From IMG/VR virus record IMGVR_UViG_3300036766_002286: a stretch of DNA of 64,000 bases; one strand, 5' to 3'. The DNA comes from a virus (lineage: Duplodnaviria > Caudoviricetes). Shown piece after piece: positions 41,048 to 50,311 of the stretch. A model generated the notes under the pieces. That model saw only the letters and a program-made list of their open reading frames with translations, was not told where the DNA came from and ran no database searches. Every line of letters begins with the position of its first letter. Position 1 is the first letter of the stretch. The position numbers were made by a program, and so were the translations under genes.

Positions 41048-41138
41048 TGCATAAGCCTAATGTAAAATATATTGATAGTCTAGGTAACCCGCAGGAACTT
41101 GTCTGGGGCGACTCATGGGTAGGCATAGATTTGGCGGG
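40779..41138 (+). repeat. Exact 360-bp direct repeat, copy 1
   Basis: Identical by manual alignment to 44123..44482 (offset 3344). Confidence 0.93.
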
Positions 41139-41484
41139 CGCTAATTTAACTAGCGCCAATCTGGTTGGTGCTAATTTAACTGGTGCTAATTTAACTAACG
41201 CCAATTTGACAGATGCAGCGCTGATTAGTGCAATCCTTCATGATGCAGATTTAAGTGACGCAAATCTACGCAAGGCTTGTCTAGTGCGTGCTACACTGCG
41301 TAATGCTAATCTGACGCGAGCAGATTTACGGGGCGCCACTTTAAATAGCACTAACTTATATGGTGCTGATTTAAGTGCCACTAATCTCACCAATGCTATT
41401 TTAACAGGCATAACCTTGTCAGAACAACAAAAAATCGCATGTATTGGTTATAATGAGTCAACTCCACAGCCAGCAGATATTTAA
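41044..41484 (+). CDS. Pentapeptide repeat protein (YID N-cap, CIG C-cap)
   Basis: ATGA overlap; KYIDSLG; LSEQQKIACIGY. Confidence 0.93.
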   Translation: MMHKPNVKYIDSLGNPQELVWGDSWVGIDLAGANLTSANLVGANLTGANLTNANLTDAALISAILHDADLSDANLRKACLVRATLRNANLTRADLRGATLNSTNLYGADLSATNLTNAILTGITLSEQQKIACIGYNESTPQPADI

Positions 41485-41612
41485 GTGTATAAGTCTACTA
41501 TGAGATGCTATTGTCCACTTATTCATATTAACTACCAAACACCTACCACATAAAGTCTCTTACATTTCGCTATATCCCATGAATAATACCAGAACAACAA
41601 AGAAGAATAACC

Positions 41613-41720
41613 ATATTTAATAAATACGGCCCACAAACCAAATATATTAAGAATTTATTTTATGAAGTCCATAAATTAAACAAAGAGCAAATAACTGCTT
41701 TGCAAAGTTCTGTTGCTTAG
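41613..41720 (+). pseudogene. Truncated copy of gene 45691..46113
   Basis: ATA replaces ATG; FNKYGPQTKYIKNLFYEVHKLNKEQITALQSSVA-TAG aligns with FDKYGPQTKYIKRLLDEVYSLNQDQITDLQKSV. Confidence 0.75.
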
Positions 41721-41807
41721 GTCGAAACTATCTAAATACGCGTGATCCCCATCCTCTGACTTCATACCTGGTCTGCATTCAATATAATGTCTATAAGGTC
41801 TTATTTT

Positions 41808-42752
41808 TTATTTTGATTTTATATCCCAACCATCAGCTATAATACAGCCATTTAGATTTGCGCCTATAAAGTTAGCATCTCCTAGCCCAGCACCTCTTAA
41901 ATCAGCAAAACTCAAATCAGCATTACCAAAATCGACGTGGTTTAAGTAAGCATCATTAAGCTTGGCATAACTTAAATCAGCACCACTCAGATCACTGTCA
42001 CTTAAGTCAGCACTAGTCAAATTGGCATACCTTAAATTAGCGCAACTTAAATTAGACTGATACAACAGCACGCGGCTTAGATCTGTTTTGCTGAGATCCG
42101 CTCCACGCATATTGGTTTCACTTAGCTTAACGCCGCTCAAGTTAACTCCACCTAAATTGGCTTCAACTAAGTTGGCTCTACTTAAATCTACCTTGTCTAG
42201 CTTGGTGCCTTTACTTAAATCCACCCCACCTAAATAGGCTCCACTCAAGTCGACGCCAACCAAAATAGTTTGACTCAAGTCAGCGCCTTTAAAACTAACC
42301 TTACTTAAATTAGCACCGGTGAAATCGGCGGCATATAAATTGGCTCTAAATAAATTAGCGGCGAGTAAAGTAGCTCCATTAAGCTTGGCGTTAGTTAAAT
42401 CAGCATCGTGTAAAGTAGCTCCATTTAAAACAGCTTTACTTAAATTAGCACTGCTCAGATTAGTATTATTTAGATTAGTATTATTTAGATACGCACTATG
42501 TAAGTTAACCATATACATGCGAGCGTCCTCTAAGTTGGCCCCATTTATACTAGCACTAGATAAATCAGCGTTACGCAAATCAGTTTCAGATAGATCTGCT
42601 CCATCTAAACTAGCTCTGCTTAAGTCCGCACCATTTAAATTAGCACCACTTAAATTGGCTCTACGTAAATCTTTTACTTGTCCATCTAATACAAGTATTG
42701 CGTCTTTTCCATCACAATCAATGTGAGGTACTTCACGATGTTTAGTTGTCAT
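41808..42752 (-). CDS. Long pentapeptide repeat protein (GCIxxxGW C-cap)
   Basis: AGGAG SD + ATG 42752; PHIDCDG; GCIIADGW. Confidence 0.93.
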   Translation of the reverse strand: MTTKHREVPHIDCDGKDAILVLDGQVKDLRRANLSGANLNGADLSRASLDGADLSETDLRNADLSSASINGANLEDARMYMVNLHSAYLNNTNLNNTNLSSANLSKAVLNGATLHDADLTNAKLNGATLLAANLFRANLYAADFTGANLSKVSFKGADLSQTILVGVDLSGAYLGGVDLSKGTKLDKVDLSRANLVEANLGGVNLSGVKLSETNMRGADLSKTDLSRVLLYQSNLSCANLRYANLTSADLSDSDLSGADLSYAKLNDAYLNHVDFGNADLSFADLRGAGLGDANFIGANLNGCIIADGWDIKSK

Positions 42753-43140
42753 TGGTTTTCTCCTGTGCTTGCATAATCCATCCTTCTGTAAAAATACAGC
42801 CATCCCAATTTACCCCAGTTAGATCTGCGCCGTGCAAATTTGCGCCAGTCAAGTTAGCATTATTAAGGTCAGCACCATTCAAATTAGCATTAGTTAAATT
42901 GGCAAAACTCAGATCGGCGCTGCTTAAATTAGCGTCGTTTAATTTGACACCATACAGATAGGCATCTCTCAAGTCAGCTCCGCTTAAATTAGAGCCCCGC
43001 AGATCTTTAAATTCGCCACCCAATGTAAATATTGCATTTTTACCCTTACGATCAATATAGGGTATTTTATTAGATCTTGGCGTTATTACGAACTCTTTTT
43101 GATCGACCAGCTTTGATTCTTCCTGAGATTTATCACTCAT
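42742..43140 (-). CDS. Pentapeptide repeat protein (GCIxxxGW C-cap)
   Basis: AAGGAG SD + ATG 43140; PYIDRKG; GCIFTEGW. Confidence 0.92.
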   Translation of the reverse strand: MSDKSQEESKLVDQKEFVITPRSNKIPYIDRKGKNAIFTLGGEFKDLRGSNLSGADLRDAYLYGVKLNDANLSSADLSFANLTNANLNGADLNNANLTGANLHGADLTGVNWDGCIFTEGWIMQAQEKTNDN

Positions 43141-43203
43141 AAGTACTCCTTGCATCCAGTTGTATCTTACTATAGGCGCTTAAGTCGTCTACACAAATAA
43201 TAT

Positions 43204-43290
43204 ATGTTCAAAGCTGATTTTTCAGGCACTGTACTCCGAGCCGCTTATAATGAGGCTGCCTTACCAGATGGCACTTTGTATCAACAATAA
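43204..43290 (+). pseudogene. Orphan PRP C-cap remnant
   Basis: FKADFSG...AYNEAALPDGTLYQQ-TAA, like the ends of 39144 and 44848. Confidence 0.6.
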
Positions 43291-43378
43291 GTCTCTTACT
43301 GTCATGATGTATCTCTAAAATTTCTTATCTTGATAGCAATTAGCCCCAATAGTATCATTAAACTAAGGAGCTAGAATA

Positions 43379-43660
43379 ATGAACCAAACACCCGTTCCGT
43401 CAGTTTCTACGATAGTTTCTACGATCAGAGCTATGATTGTTCATTATGAAATGGACTTTCTGGTGCGCAGGCAGAGTGGGAAAATGAGTCAAAAACAAAT
43501 AGACGACGACATCGAAATTATCGAAGATGCCAATAAGGCGATGGAAACGTTACTAAAGGACGATCTACGCTTGCGTGAGTACATCACCGAACTAGAAGAA
43601 GAAAACCGCCAACTTCGTTCCAGCCAGCCAGGACAGTTCTATACGCCGAGTGGAGAATAA
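43379..43660 (+). CDS. Small coiled-coil protein (possibly a distant TxAIR member)
   Basis: TTGATA-17-TATCAT and AAGGAG upstream; C-terminal heptads. Confidence 0.75.
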   Translation: MNQTPVPSVSTIVSTIRAMIVHYEMDFLVRRQSGKMSQKQIDDDIEIIEDANKAMETLLKDDLRLREYITELEEENRQLRSSQPGQFYTPSGE

Positions 43661-43662
43661 CG

Positions 43663-44391
43663 ATGACCAAACCAAATGTTAAATACAGAGATCGTAATGG
43701 TAACGAGCAACATCTACAATGGGACAAGTCGTGGGCAGACCTCGATTTATGTGGCGCTAATTTTGCAGGTTGCGATCTCATCGGTGCTAACTTCGCCGGC
43801 GCTGACTTACGTGGTGCTATTTTGTACAAGGCTAATCTGCGTGACGCTGATTTCCGTAGTGCTTCTATGATTTGTGCTGACCTAAGTGAAGCTATCTTAA
43901 CTGGCACTGATTTTAGCAATGCGGATTTATCACACGCAAAGCTGCGGGGAGCAAATCTAGAATCGGCTGTTCTAAGGGGCGCTAACCTTAATGAAGCTGA
44001 CCTACGTGAAGCTAATCTAATTAATGTCGCCTTTGCGGGCGCAGAATTGAAAAAAGCTAACTTAAGTAATACTAGTTTGGAAGGGGCTAATTTTTATGGG
44101 GCAACTCTGTATTACGCTAATCTAAGTGGAGCAGATTTGAGACGTGCTGATTTATGTGATGCTAGTTTGCAAGGCGCTAACCTAGAGCGTGCTAATTTAG
44201 GTGGTGCTTACTTTTGGAGAGCTAATTTAAGTCACACCAATCTGCAACACACTAATTTACTAGGCGTTAATTTTGAAGATGCCAATTTAAGCCAAGCCGA
44301 CTTTACAAATGCCGATCTGCAAGGTGTGACGCTTACTTTGCATCAACAAAAAGAGTGCATAGGATATAGTACAACTTCGAGAGACGCATGA
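43663..44391 (+). CDS. Chimeric pentapeptide repeat protein
   Basis: N-part homologous to 40033 gene; C-part identical to 40619 gene. Confidence 0.92.
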   Translation: MTKPNVKYRDRNGNEQHLQWDKSWADLDLCGANFAGCDLIGANFAGADLRGAILYKANLRDADFRSASMICADLSEAILTGTDFSNADLSHAKLRGANLESAVLRGANLNEADLREANLINVAFAGAELKKANLSNTSLEGANFYGATLYYANLSGADLRRADLCDASLQGANLERANLGGAYFWRANLSHTNLQHTNLLGVNFEDANLSQADFTNADLQGVTLTLHQQKECIGYSTTSRDA

Positions 44392-44482
44392 TGCATAAGC
44401 CTAATGTAAAATATATTGATAGTCTAGGTAACCCGCAGGAACTTGTCTGGGGCGACTCATGGGTAGGCATAGATTTGGCGGG
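44123..44482 (+). repeat. Exact 360-bp direct repeat, copy 2
   Basis: Identical to 40779..41138. Confidence 0.93.
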
Positions 44483-44855
44483 AGCCGATTTAAGCGGTGT
44501 AGAGTTAGCCGGCGCTAACTTTTCTAATGCTAATTTGAGACGCGCTAATATGCGACGTACTAACTTAGGCGCAGCAAATCTAAGCGCTGCTTGTTTGGTT
44601 GATTCCGACCTAATTAAAGCTAATTTATGCAGCGCAAATCTGAAAGACGCTAATTTGCGTAGCGCTGATTTAAATCACGCGGATTTAAGTAACACTGACT
44701 TAAGTAATGCTAACTTACGTTTCACTAATTTACGACGTGCTGATTTGCAGGGTGCTGATTTATCAGGCGCCGAACTACGAGGAGTTGAGCTATCTAGCCG
44801 CCAGAAAAAGGCGTGCATTGGTCTTAGTGAAACTGTACAGTCTTCTTATGAGTAG
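44388..44855 (+). CDS. Pentapeptide repeat protein (N-cap identical to 41044)
   Basis: MMHKPNVKYIDSLG...; different core; RQKKACIG. Confidence 0.92.
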   Translation: MMHKPNVKYIDSLGNPQELVWGDSWVGIDLAGADLSGVELAGANFSNANLRRANMRRTNLGAANLSAACLVDSDLIKANLCSANLKDANLRSADLNHADLSNTDLSNANLRFTNLRRADLQGADLSGAELRGVELSSRQKKACIGLSETVQSSYE

Positions 44856-45612
44856 ATCGAATCTTAAATATATTGACCAAGACGGCCACCCACAAGAATT
44901 AAAGTGGGGAGAAAGATGGTCAGAATTTGCCCTGGCTGAGGCTAATTTATCTAATTCCGACTTGTCTGGCGCAGATCTCACTAACGTATGTTTAGATAAA
45001 TCAAATTTAACTAACGCCAATTTATCAGGCATAACCGCCACTTCAGAAGTATGTATGCAAGAAGCAAATCTTGAGGGAGCCAATCTTTCTAAGGCATTTC
45101 TTCCTGGAGCTTATTTGACACGCTCAAATTTCTCTTATGCTAATCTTACTTCCATAGAGCTGTCTAATGCAGATCTTACAGGCGTTAAGTTACTAAGAAC
45201 AGACCTAACCGGAGCAAATCTTTCAGGTGCTATCATGGTAGGCTCCCAGGCTTTGCAAGCTATTTTTACTAAAGCCGACCTGATAGAGACAGACCTGTAC
45301 GGATCCGAACTGGGCAATTCCAAATTTATAGGTGCTAATTTATCTCGCGCCAATTTATCTAGAGCAGAACTGTATGATGCAGATTTTTCTGGCGCAGATC
45401 TAACAGATGCTAGGTTTGTAAATACTAGTGTACATGGAACAAATTTCACTAAAGCAAATCTTTTAGGCGTGGATTTTTCCACCACCCAACATCTAGAACT
45501 ATGCTGTATGCAGTACGCTAATCTCACTGGCGCCCGCTTTCCGGAAGACCACGTATTTGAAGGCAACGCTTATATTGGTGCTACTTTACCAGACGGTACT
45601 TTGTACCGGTAA
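44848..45612 (+). CDS. Pentapeptide repeat protein (YID N-cap, LPDG C-cap)
   Basis: ATG 44848 overlaps the upstream stop; LKYIDQDG; FEGNAYIGATLPDGTLYR. Confidence 0.92.
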   Translation: MSRSNLKYIDQDGHPQELKWGERWSEFALAEANLSNSDLSGADLTNVCLDKSNLTNANLSGITATSEVCMQEANLEGANLSKAFLPGAYLTRSNFSYANLTSIELSNADLTGVKLLRTDLTGANLSGAIMVGSQALQAIFTKADLIETDLYGSELGNSKFIGANLSRANLSRAELYDADFSGADLTDARFVNTSVHGTNFTKANLLGVDFSTTQHLELCCMQYANLTGARFPEDHVFEGNAYIGATLPDGTLYR

Positions 45613-45690
45613 GCTATAAAAGTCCCAATAAAGTCTCTTGCTTTTAGTCACATTCCGCGTACAGTACTTAAATAATCAAGGAGAACTACC

Positions 45691-46113
45691 ATGTTTGATA
45701 AATACGGTCCACAAACTAAATATATTAAGAGGTTACTAGATGAGGTCTATTCGTTAAACCAGGACCAAATAACTGATTTGCAAAAATCTGTTACTCACTC
45801 TACAAACCGCGCAGCCGAGGGTATTGCCTGGCGCGCTGCTATAAGCGTTTCTCACCACCCTGCCGGAGATGCCATCGGAGAAACTGTAAGTGCTTCATCT
45901 AACAACGCCTGGGACGCCGCCGCGCAAGTCACCGAATCCGCTTGTAAGAATATTGATCAAGATGCCACTTCCGCAATTCGTGGGGTTTCATCAGCACTAG
46001 CTGTCCGCGATCGTATTGGTGGTAAATTCACTCAAGAACATTATGATGTCCTTACTAAGCCTTGGCGTAAAATTGTCGGCTCAATTCATCCAGACGATAA
46101 AAATCTAATATAA
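45691..46113 (+). CDS. Actinophage-type hypothetical protein
   Basis: YGPQT...AW..AA...ALAVRD.IG..FTQEHYD.LT.PWR...G.IHPDD, a pattern I associate with actinobacterial phage hypotheticals; AAGGAG SD. Confidence 0.75.
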   Translation: MFDKYGPQTKYIKRLLDEVYSLNQDQITDLQKSVTHSTNRAAEGIAWRAAISVSHHPAGDAIGETVSASSNNAWDAAAQVTESACKNIDQDATSAIRGVSSALAVRDRIGGKFTQEHYDVLTKPWRKIVGSIHPDDKNLI

Positions 46114-46147
46114 AAATATGCTCGCGCAAGCCACACGTAAGTAACTG

Positions 46148-48580
46148 TTACAATCCGCGTAATTCCCCAAAAGCAGCTATACTAACCTCCAGTGGTGATC
46201 CACTACCATCACGCTTTGAGCGATCTTTAGGATAACCAACAACCGATCCAGCAGCACTAATTCCTATTGGTAATTTTATTCCCACTCCAGCAGCAACTAT
46301 ACCTGCTTCAGCTTTTCGCAAAGTCATACATCGCACTCCACCAGTTCCTCTACCTTTAGTTGGATAATCAGCCACACTACTTACTTTAACAGAGCCCATA
46401 TCTGATATTGTAACTACTACTGCCAAACTTCCCGGCTCATAGCATGTAAATAAGATTACTTCATTACCATCAGCAACTCTAATCCCAGCCATTCCGCCGG
46501 CAGTCATGCCCTTGCTTGCAACCAAGTTTAAGTTAAATCTAAGTAACTGTGCATCTGTAGTTACAAATATACCATCAAATGACTCTGCGCACTTGCTTGA
46601 TAGGGCCACCACCCCGACAACTTTATCTTTAGGTTTTAAAGTTATAATAGGCTTAGGGTCTAATCTAAGTGGGAATTCACTAGTAAGAATTTTTTTAATA
46701 AATCCTTGTGCAGTTCCCATAACGATAGCTTGTCCGTTACTTGCATCAAATAACCCTACAGCGCTTTCACCGGGCTCAAAAGAAAAAACTTCTTTGCATA
46801 ATACACCCCTAGAAGATCCAGCTGCAATTGGTAGATCTATTACAGAGCACCGCATAAGGCGGCCATGCGAGGTAACTACTCCAATTATCGCTCTGTTAGT
46901 TGTAATGGCCTGTGATAGTACAACATCATGTTTTGAGGCTTTACCACTGAAAGGCTCGATCCCATAGCGCCCTATAAGGCCGGTTGTAGTTAAGACTACT
47001 ATACACGGGTCATCTGGTATTTCTAAGGATACCGATGCAGAGCTCACTATAGCAAGGTCTTTAACTAGACGTGATTTTCGCGGCGTTCCATGCAACTTAC
47101 TTACTTCTCCCAGCTCGGTAGATACCAGCTCACGCATGACTTTATCAGAAGATAATAACTTATTTAGCTCAGCTATAGTCACCTTGAGGTCTTTTAGCTC
47201 ACCTTTAAGGCTTGCTACTTCTAAACTAGTCAGTCTACGTAACGGCATTTCTAAAATAACATCTGTTTGTATATCTGATAGCGCAAACGCCTTCGAAAGC
47301 TTTTCTCTAGCTACAGCCGTACTGCTACTAGATTTAATAATCTTTATGACTTTGTCTATAGATACTAGAGCTAGCACTAACCCTTCTACTATATGTTCGC
47401 GTGCTTTGGTCTTAGCTAAACGGAATACTGTACGCCTACGAACGACTTCTAAACGGTGTTTTAGATATAGGCTGCACAATTCTAACAGTCCTAGAGTTTT
47501 AGGTTCCCCATCCACTAAAGCTACGTTATTCACTGAAAAAGTTTCCTGCAGGGGAGTTAGTCGGTACAATTCATCTAGTACTGCTTGAGGATTAAAACCA
47601 TTTTTGCATTCTATAACCAAATGTAATCCGGGAGTTTTTCTATCTGTAAAGTCATTAATATTAGATACTCCGGTCAATTTTTTTGCATTTACTAAAGCTT
47701 TTACTCGTTCCATTATTTTTACAGGTCCCACATTATACGGAAGCTCTGTTATAACAATTGCTTTTTTCCGACCTGTTGTATCTTCAATTGTAGCTGATGC
47801 TCGCAGCATAAAAGATCCACGGCCAGTAACATAGGCCTCTTTTATACCTTCACGACCTATTATAATCCCACCCGTAGGCAAATCTGGCCCTAGAATAAAT
47901 TTCATTAATTCTGACAGACTCATTGTCGGATTCAATAGCAGTGCTTGCAATCCTTTTATAACCTCAACAAGATTGTGCGGAGGCATGTTTGTAGCCATAC
48001 CTACAGCAATTCCAGTTGACCCATTAACTAGCAAATTAGGAAATCCAGCTGGCATAACTTCAGGCTCGACTCCCGTTCCATCATAAGTCTCTGTCATGTT
48101 TACAGTATCTTCATCTATACCTTCAACTAAACTTAAAGCTGACGCAGCCATCCTACATGCCGTGTATCTACTCGCAGAAGCTGGATCATCTAGAGAACCA
48201 AATCCTCCATGTGGGTCTATTAAAGGTAATCGCATAGACCAAGCTTGTGCCAGACGTACAAGTGCTTCGTAAATGGCCATGTCGCCATGTGGGTGATATT
48301 TTCCCATTGTATCACCCACCACTTTAGCACACTTGTTGTAAGGTGCTTTTGGTAGCATTCCTTGCGCATATAGTGACCATAGAATGCGTCGATGCACCGG
48401 TTTTAGTCCATCGCGCACATCAGGCAATGCTCGTGCTACTATGACACTCATAGCGTATTCTAGAAATGATCCACTAAGCTCTTTAGATACATCTATATCA
48501 GTAGTACCACTTAAGACAAGTGCACTACTAGATTTGCTAGCAGCTTTAGTCGCCCGCGGTTTAGCTTTTTTAGTTGCCAC
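46148..48580 (-). CDS. parC: Type IIA topoisomerase A subunit (actinobacterial topo IV/ParC-like GyrA paralog)
   Basis: RALPDVRDGLKPVHRR, YHPHGD, SRYT catalytic Tyr, GIAVGMATN, GPDLPTGG; pinwheel CTD without a QRRGGKG GyrA box, last blade KGRGTGGVRC; start GTG 48580 or ATG 48589. Confidence 0.9.
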   Translation of the reverse strand: MATKKAKPRATKAASKSSSALVLSGTTDIDVSKELSGSFLEYAMSVIVARALPDVRDGLKPVHRRILWSLYAQGMLPKAPYNKCAKVVGDTMGKYHPHGDMAIYEALVRLAQAWSMRLPLIDPHGGFGSLDDPASASRYTACRMAASALSLVEGIDEDTVNMTETYDGTGVEPEVMPAGFPNLLVNGSTGIAVGMATNMPPHNLVEVIKGLQALLLNPTMSLSELMKFILGPDLPTGGIIIGREGIKEAYVTGRGSFMLRASATIEDTTGRKKAIVITELPYNVGPVKIMERVKALVNAKKLTGVSNINDFTDRKTPGLHLVIECKNGFNPQAVLDELYRLTPLQETFSVNNVALVDGEPKTLGLLELCSLYLKHRLEVVRRRTVFRLAKTKAREHIVEGLVLALVSIDKVIKIIKSSSSTAVAREKLSKAFALSDIQTDVILEMPLRRLTSLEVASLKGELKDLKVTIAELNKLLSSDKVMRELVSTELGEVSKLHGTPRKSRLVKDLAIVSSASVSLEIPDDPCIVVLTTTGLIGRYGIEPFSGKASKHDVVLSQAITTNRAIIGVVTSHGRLMRCSVIDLPIAAGSSRGVLCKEVFSFEPGESAVGLFDASNGQAIVMGTAQGFIKKILTSEFPLRLDPKPIITLKPKDKVVGVVALSSKCAESFDGIFVTTDAQLLRFNLNLVASKGMTAGGMAGIRVADGNEVILFTCYEPGSLAVVVTISDMGSVKVSSVADYPTKGRGTGGVRCMTLRKAEAGIVAAGVGIKLPIGISAAGSVVGYPKDRSKRDGSGSPLEVSIAAFGELRGL

Positions 48581-48770
48581 AATCCACATCCGGCATCATA
48601 GATTTTATTGAGTCTTGTACAACATAATATTTCCGCATCTATAATACTGTCCGCTATTTGCTAAATAGCGCAAGCACCCTTTATTTTAGCCCATATTTGA
48701 TGCTATATAAATATATTATTTATATTAAAGATATCAAAAGTTATTTAGTATTTTATCAAAATATTTCAAG

Positions 48771-50030
48771 TTAGCTTTTCAGAATTAACATAACGAACTC
48801 ACTCCACCAGCCATCTGTTGTCTTAGCTGTTCCAGCGTCATCTGCCCCAACTAGTTTTATAGTGAAATCAGCCACTCGTCCGAACGTTTGCAGAAAACAT
48901 GTATTAGTAACGGTAAGAAAATATGCTGTATATTCGGTATCAACACTAGTGCCGGTATCAACTACACACCCGTCTACTAGCACTTCACCTAAATATATTC
49001 CATCTGACTGTATGAAACCATCTATAGTTCCATCAAAATCGCCATCTAGTTTAACATCCAGTGTCATTGAACCTTTAATATCAGTAGTTAATACCCGTGC
49101 TTTAACACTCACTGTCTCTGAGTTAACTGCTACCTTAACGTCCTGTATGGTAGCCAAAAACGCAGTTTCACTAGCCCACACCAGATAGCCGGTATAATTA
49201 ATATTATCTGCCGGCACGTTGTTTTCTAGTTGTTGTTTTGCAGCTATAATCCAATCTAGATATGCAGAAACTCTAGTAAAAATAGTAGGGCTCTCTAGGC
49301 AGTCGCCTTCACCATAGGAAACTATTCCAAGCAGTACGGGTTTTTTCGATCCTACAAATCCAACCAGCGGCCCGCCACTATCTCCGTTGCATGCCCCAAC
49401 GAATGCTCCAACGCTTTTGTTGTAAAAACCCGCCGTAATTTGTAAGCTTGGTATAAAATCAGGAAACCATTTGCTAGCACTTTTACCATAGTCACTTTGT
49501 TTACTAGAACCTAAACGTTTAGCAGCATTACCCCACTCATCAACTCCCCACCCATATAAAGACATACTCCCAGGCTTTGTCCGAGCAAATTTATCATTTT
49601 TACCAGTTAGTGCTAGCGGCGTCATAGACGATGGTGCCGCTAGTCGTATAAGTGCTATATCATTGCCTGTCACAAAATTATCTATGTTAAATCCCGTATG
49701 TTCAATAAAGTCTACAACTTGAATTTTCGGGAAATTAGCTCCACTCGTTCCTCCAACTCCAACAAGCAGTTGTTCTGGATTCAGCCCATCGACACAGTGG
49801 GCTGCAGTTAAAACGTAAAAAGGGTCAATTAAGGTACCTGTACAAATCCCAGATGGATACCATACTCCAGGTAGTTCATTATAATATAATTGTACCGCCC
49901 AAGGGGCTTTAGAGTTTGCTATTCGTTGTACCGGATATACTATTGCATTTGCATCTATAGCCGGTAGAACCATGATGGTAATTAGCATAGCGTTTATTGT
50001 AATAAAAATTGCTCGGATGATTTTTTGCAT
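48771..50030 (-). CDS. Secreted trypsin-like serine protease (S1)
   Basis: VLTAAHC, DIALI, GDSGGP; signal peptide from ATG 50030. Confidence 0.93.
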   Translation of the reverse strand: MQKIIRAIFITINAMLITIMVLPAIDANAIVYPVQRIANSKAPWAVQLYYNELPGVWYPSGICTGTLIDPFYVLTAAHCVDGLNPEQLLVGVGGTSGANFPKIQVVDFIEHTGFNIDNFVTGNDIALIRLAAPSSMTPLALTGKNDKFARTKPGSMSLYGWGVDEWGNAAKRLGSSKQSDYGKSASKWFPDFIPSLQITAGFYNKSVGAFVGACNGDSGGPLVGFVGSKKPVLLGIVSYGEGDCLESPTIFTRVSAYLDWIIAAKQQLENNVPADNINYTGYLVWASETAFLATIQDVKVAVNSETVSVKARVLTTDIKGSMTLDVKLDGDFDGTIDGFIQSDGIYLGEVLVDGCVVDTGTSVDTEYTAYFLTVTNTCFLQTFGRVADFTIKLVGADDAGTAKTTDGWWSEFVMLILKS

Positions 50031-50311
50031 AGTAGAGATAGTGTGGTTCTTATAACCTCTGTCAAAAAGCTCTATTAGCACTAATTGTGTTGTCTAGTTG
50101 TGATTTAATATTAAAAAATAAAGCTGCATAAAATAATTTACTTATCTCAGAGCTCTCACAATATTAAATAGTGTACAAAGTCTATTTAGTTATTCTTCAA
50201 CTACACCAATGGTTTACGGCTAATTTTACTCAGATTAATACCCAAAAACTTATCCCAGTAATAAGTCGGTTACTTACAAGCTATTTCGCTAAAACTCGCA
50301 CAATCATAGGT

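Noticed and set aside
33174-41484. CRISPR array or integron cassette array
   Set aside because: The repeats are coding and degenerate. There is no constant repeat-spacer period, no attC-like palindromes between overlapping genes, and no cas or integrase gene.
40033-44482. Diversity-generating retroelement template/variable repeat pair
   Set aside because: The 360-bp copies are identical, differences between other paralogs are not confined to adenines, and no reverse transcriptase is in the window.
279-45566. Many antisense ORFs rich in KLAP/RSAP/KFA (for example 5739..6059, 16523..16846, 39870..40400, 42319..42726)
   Set aside because: These are shadows of pentapeptide codons read on the opposite strand; they lack SDs and lie largely or wholly opposite real genes.
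148-45612. Naming the PRPs qnr or mfpA
   Set aside because: Only the generic fold is shared; the caps and lengths differ and orthology cannot be shown by eye.
46506-47834. Plus-strand ORFs of 76-153 aa inside the topoisomerase gene
   Set aside because: Antisense to a clearly conserved gene, with no recognisable motifs.
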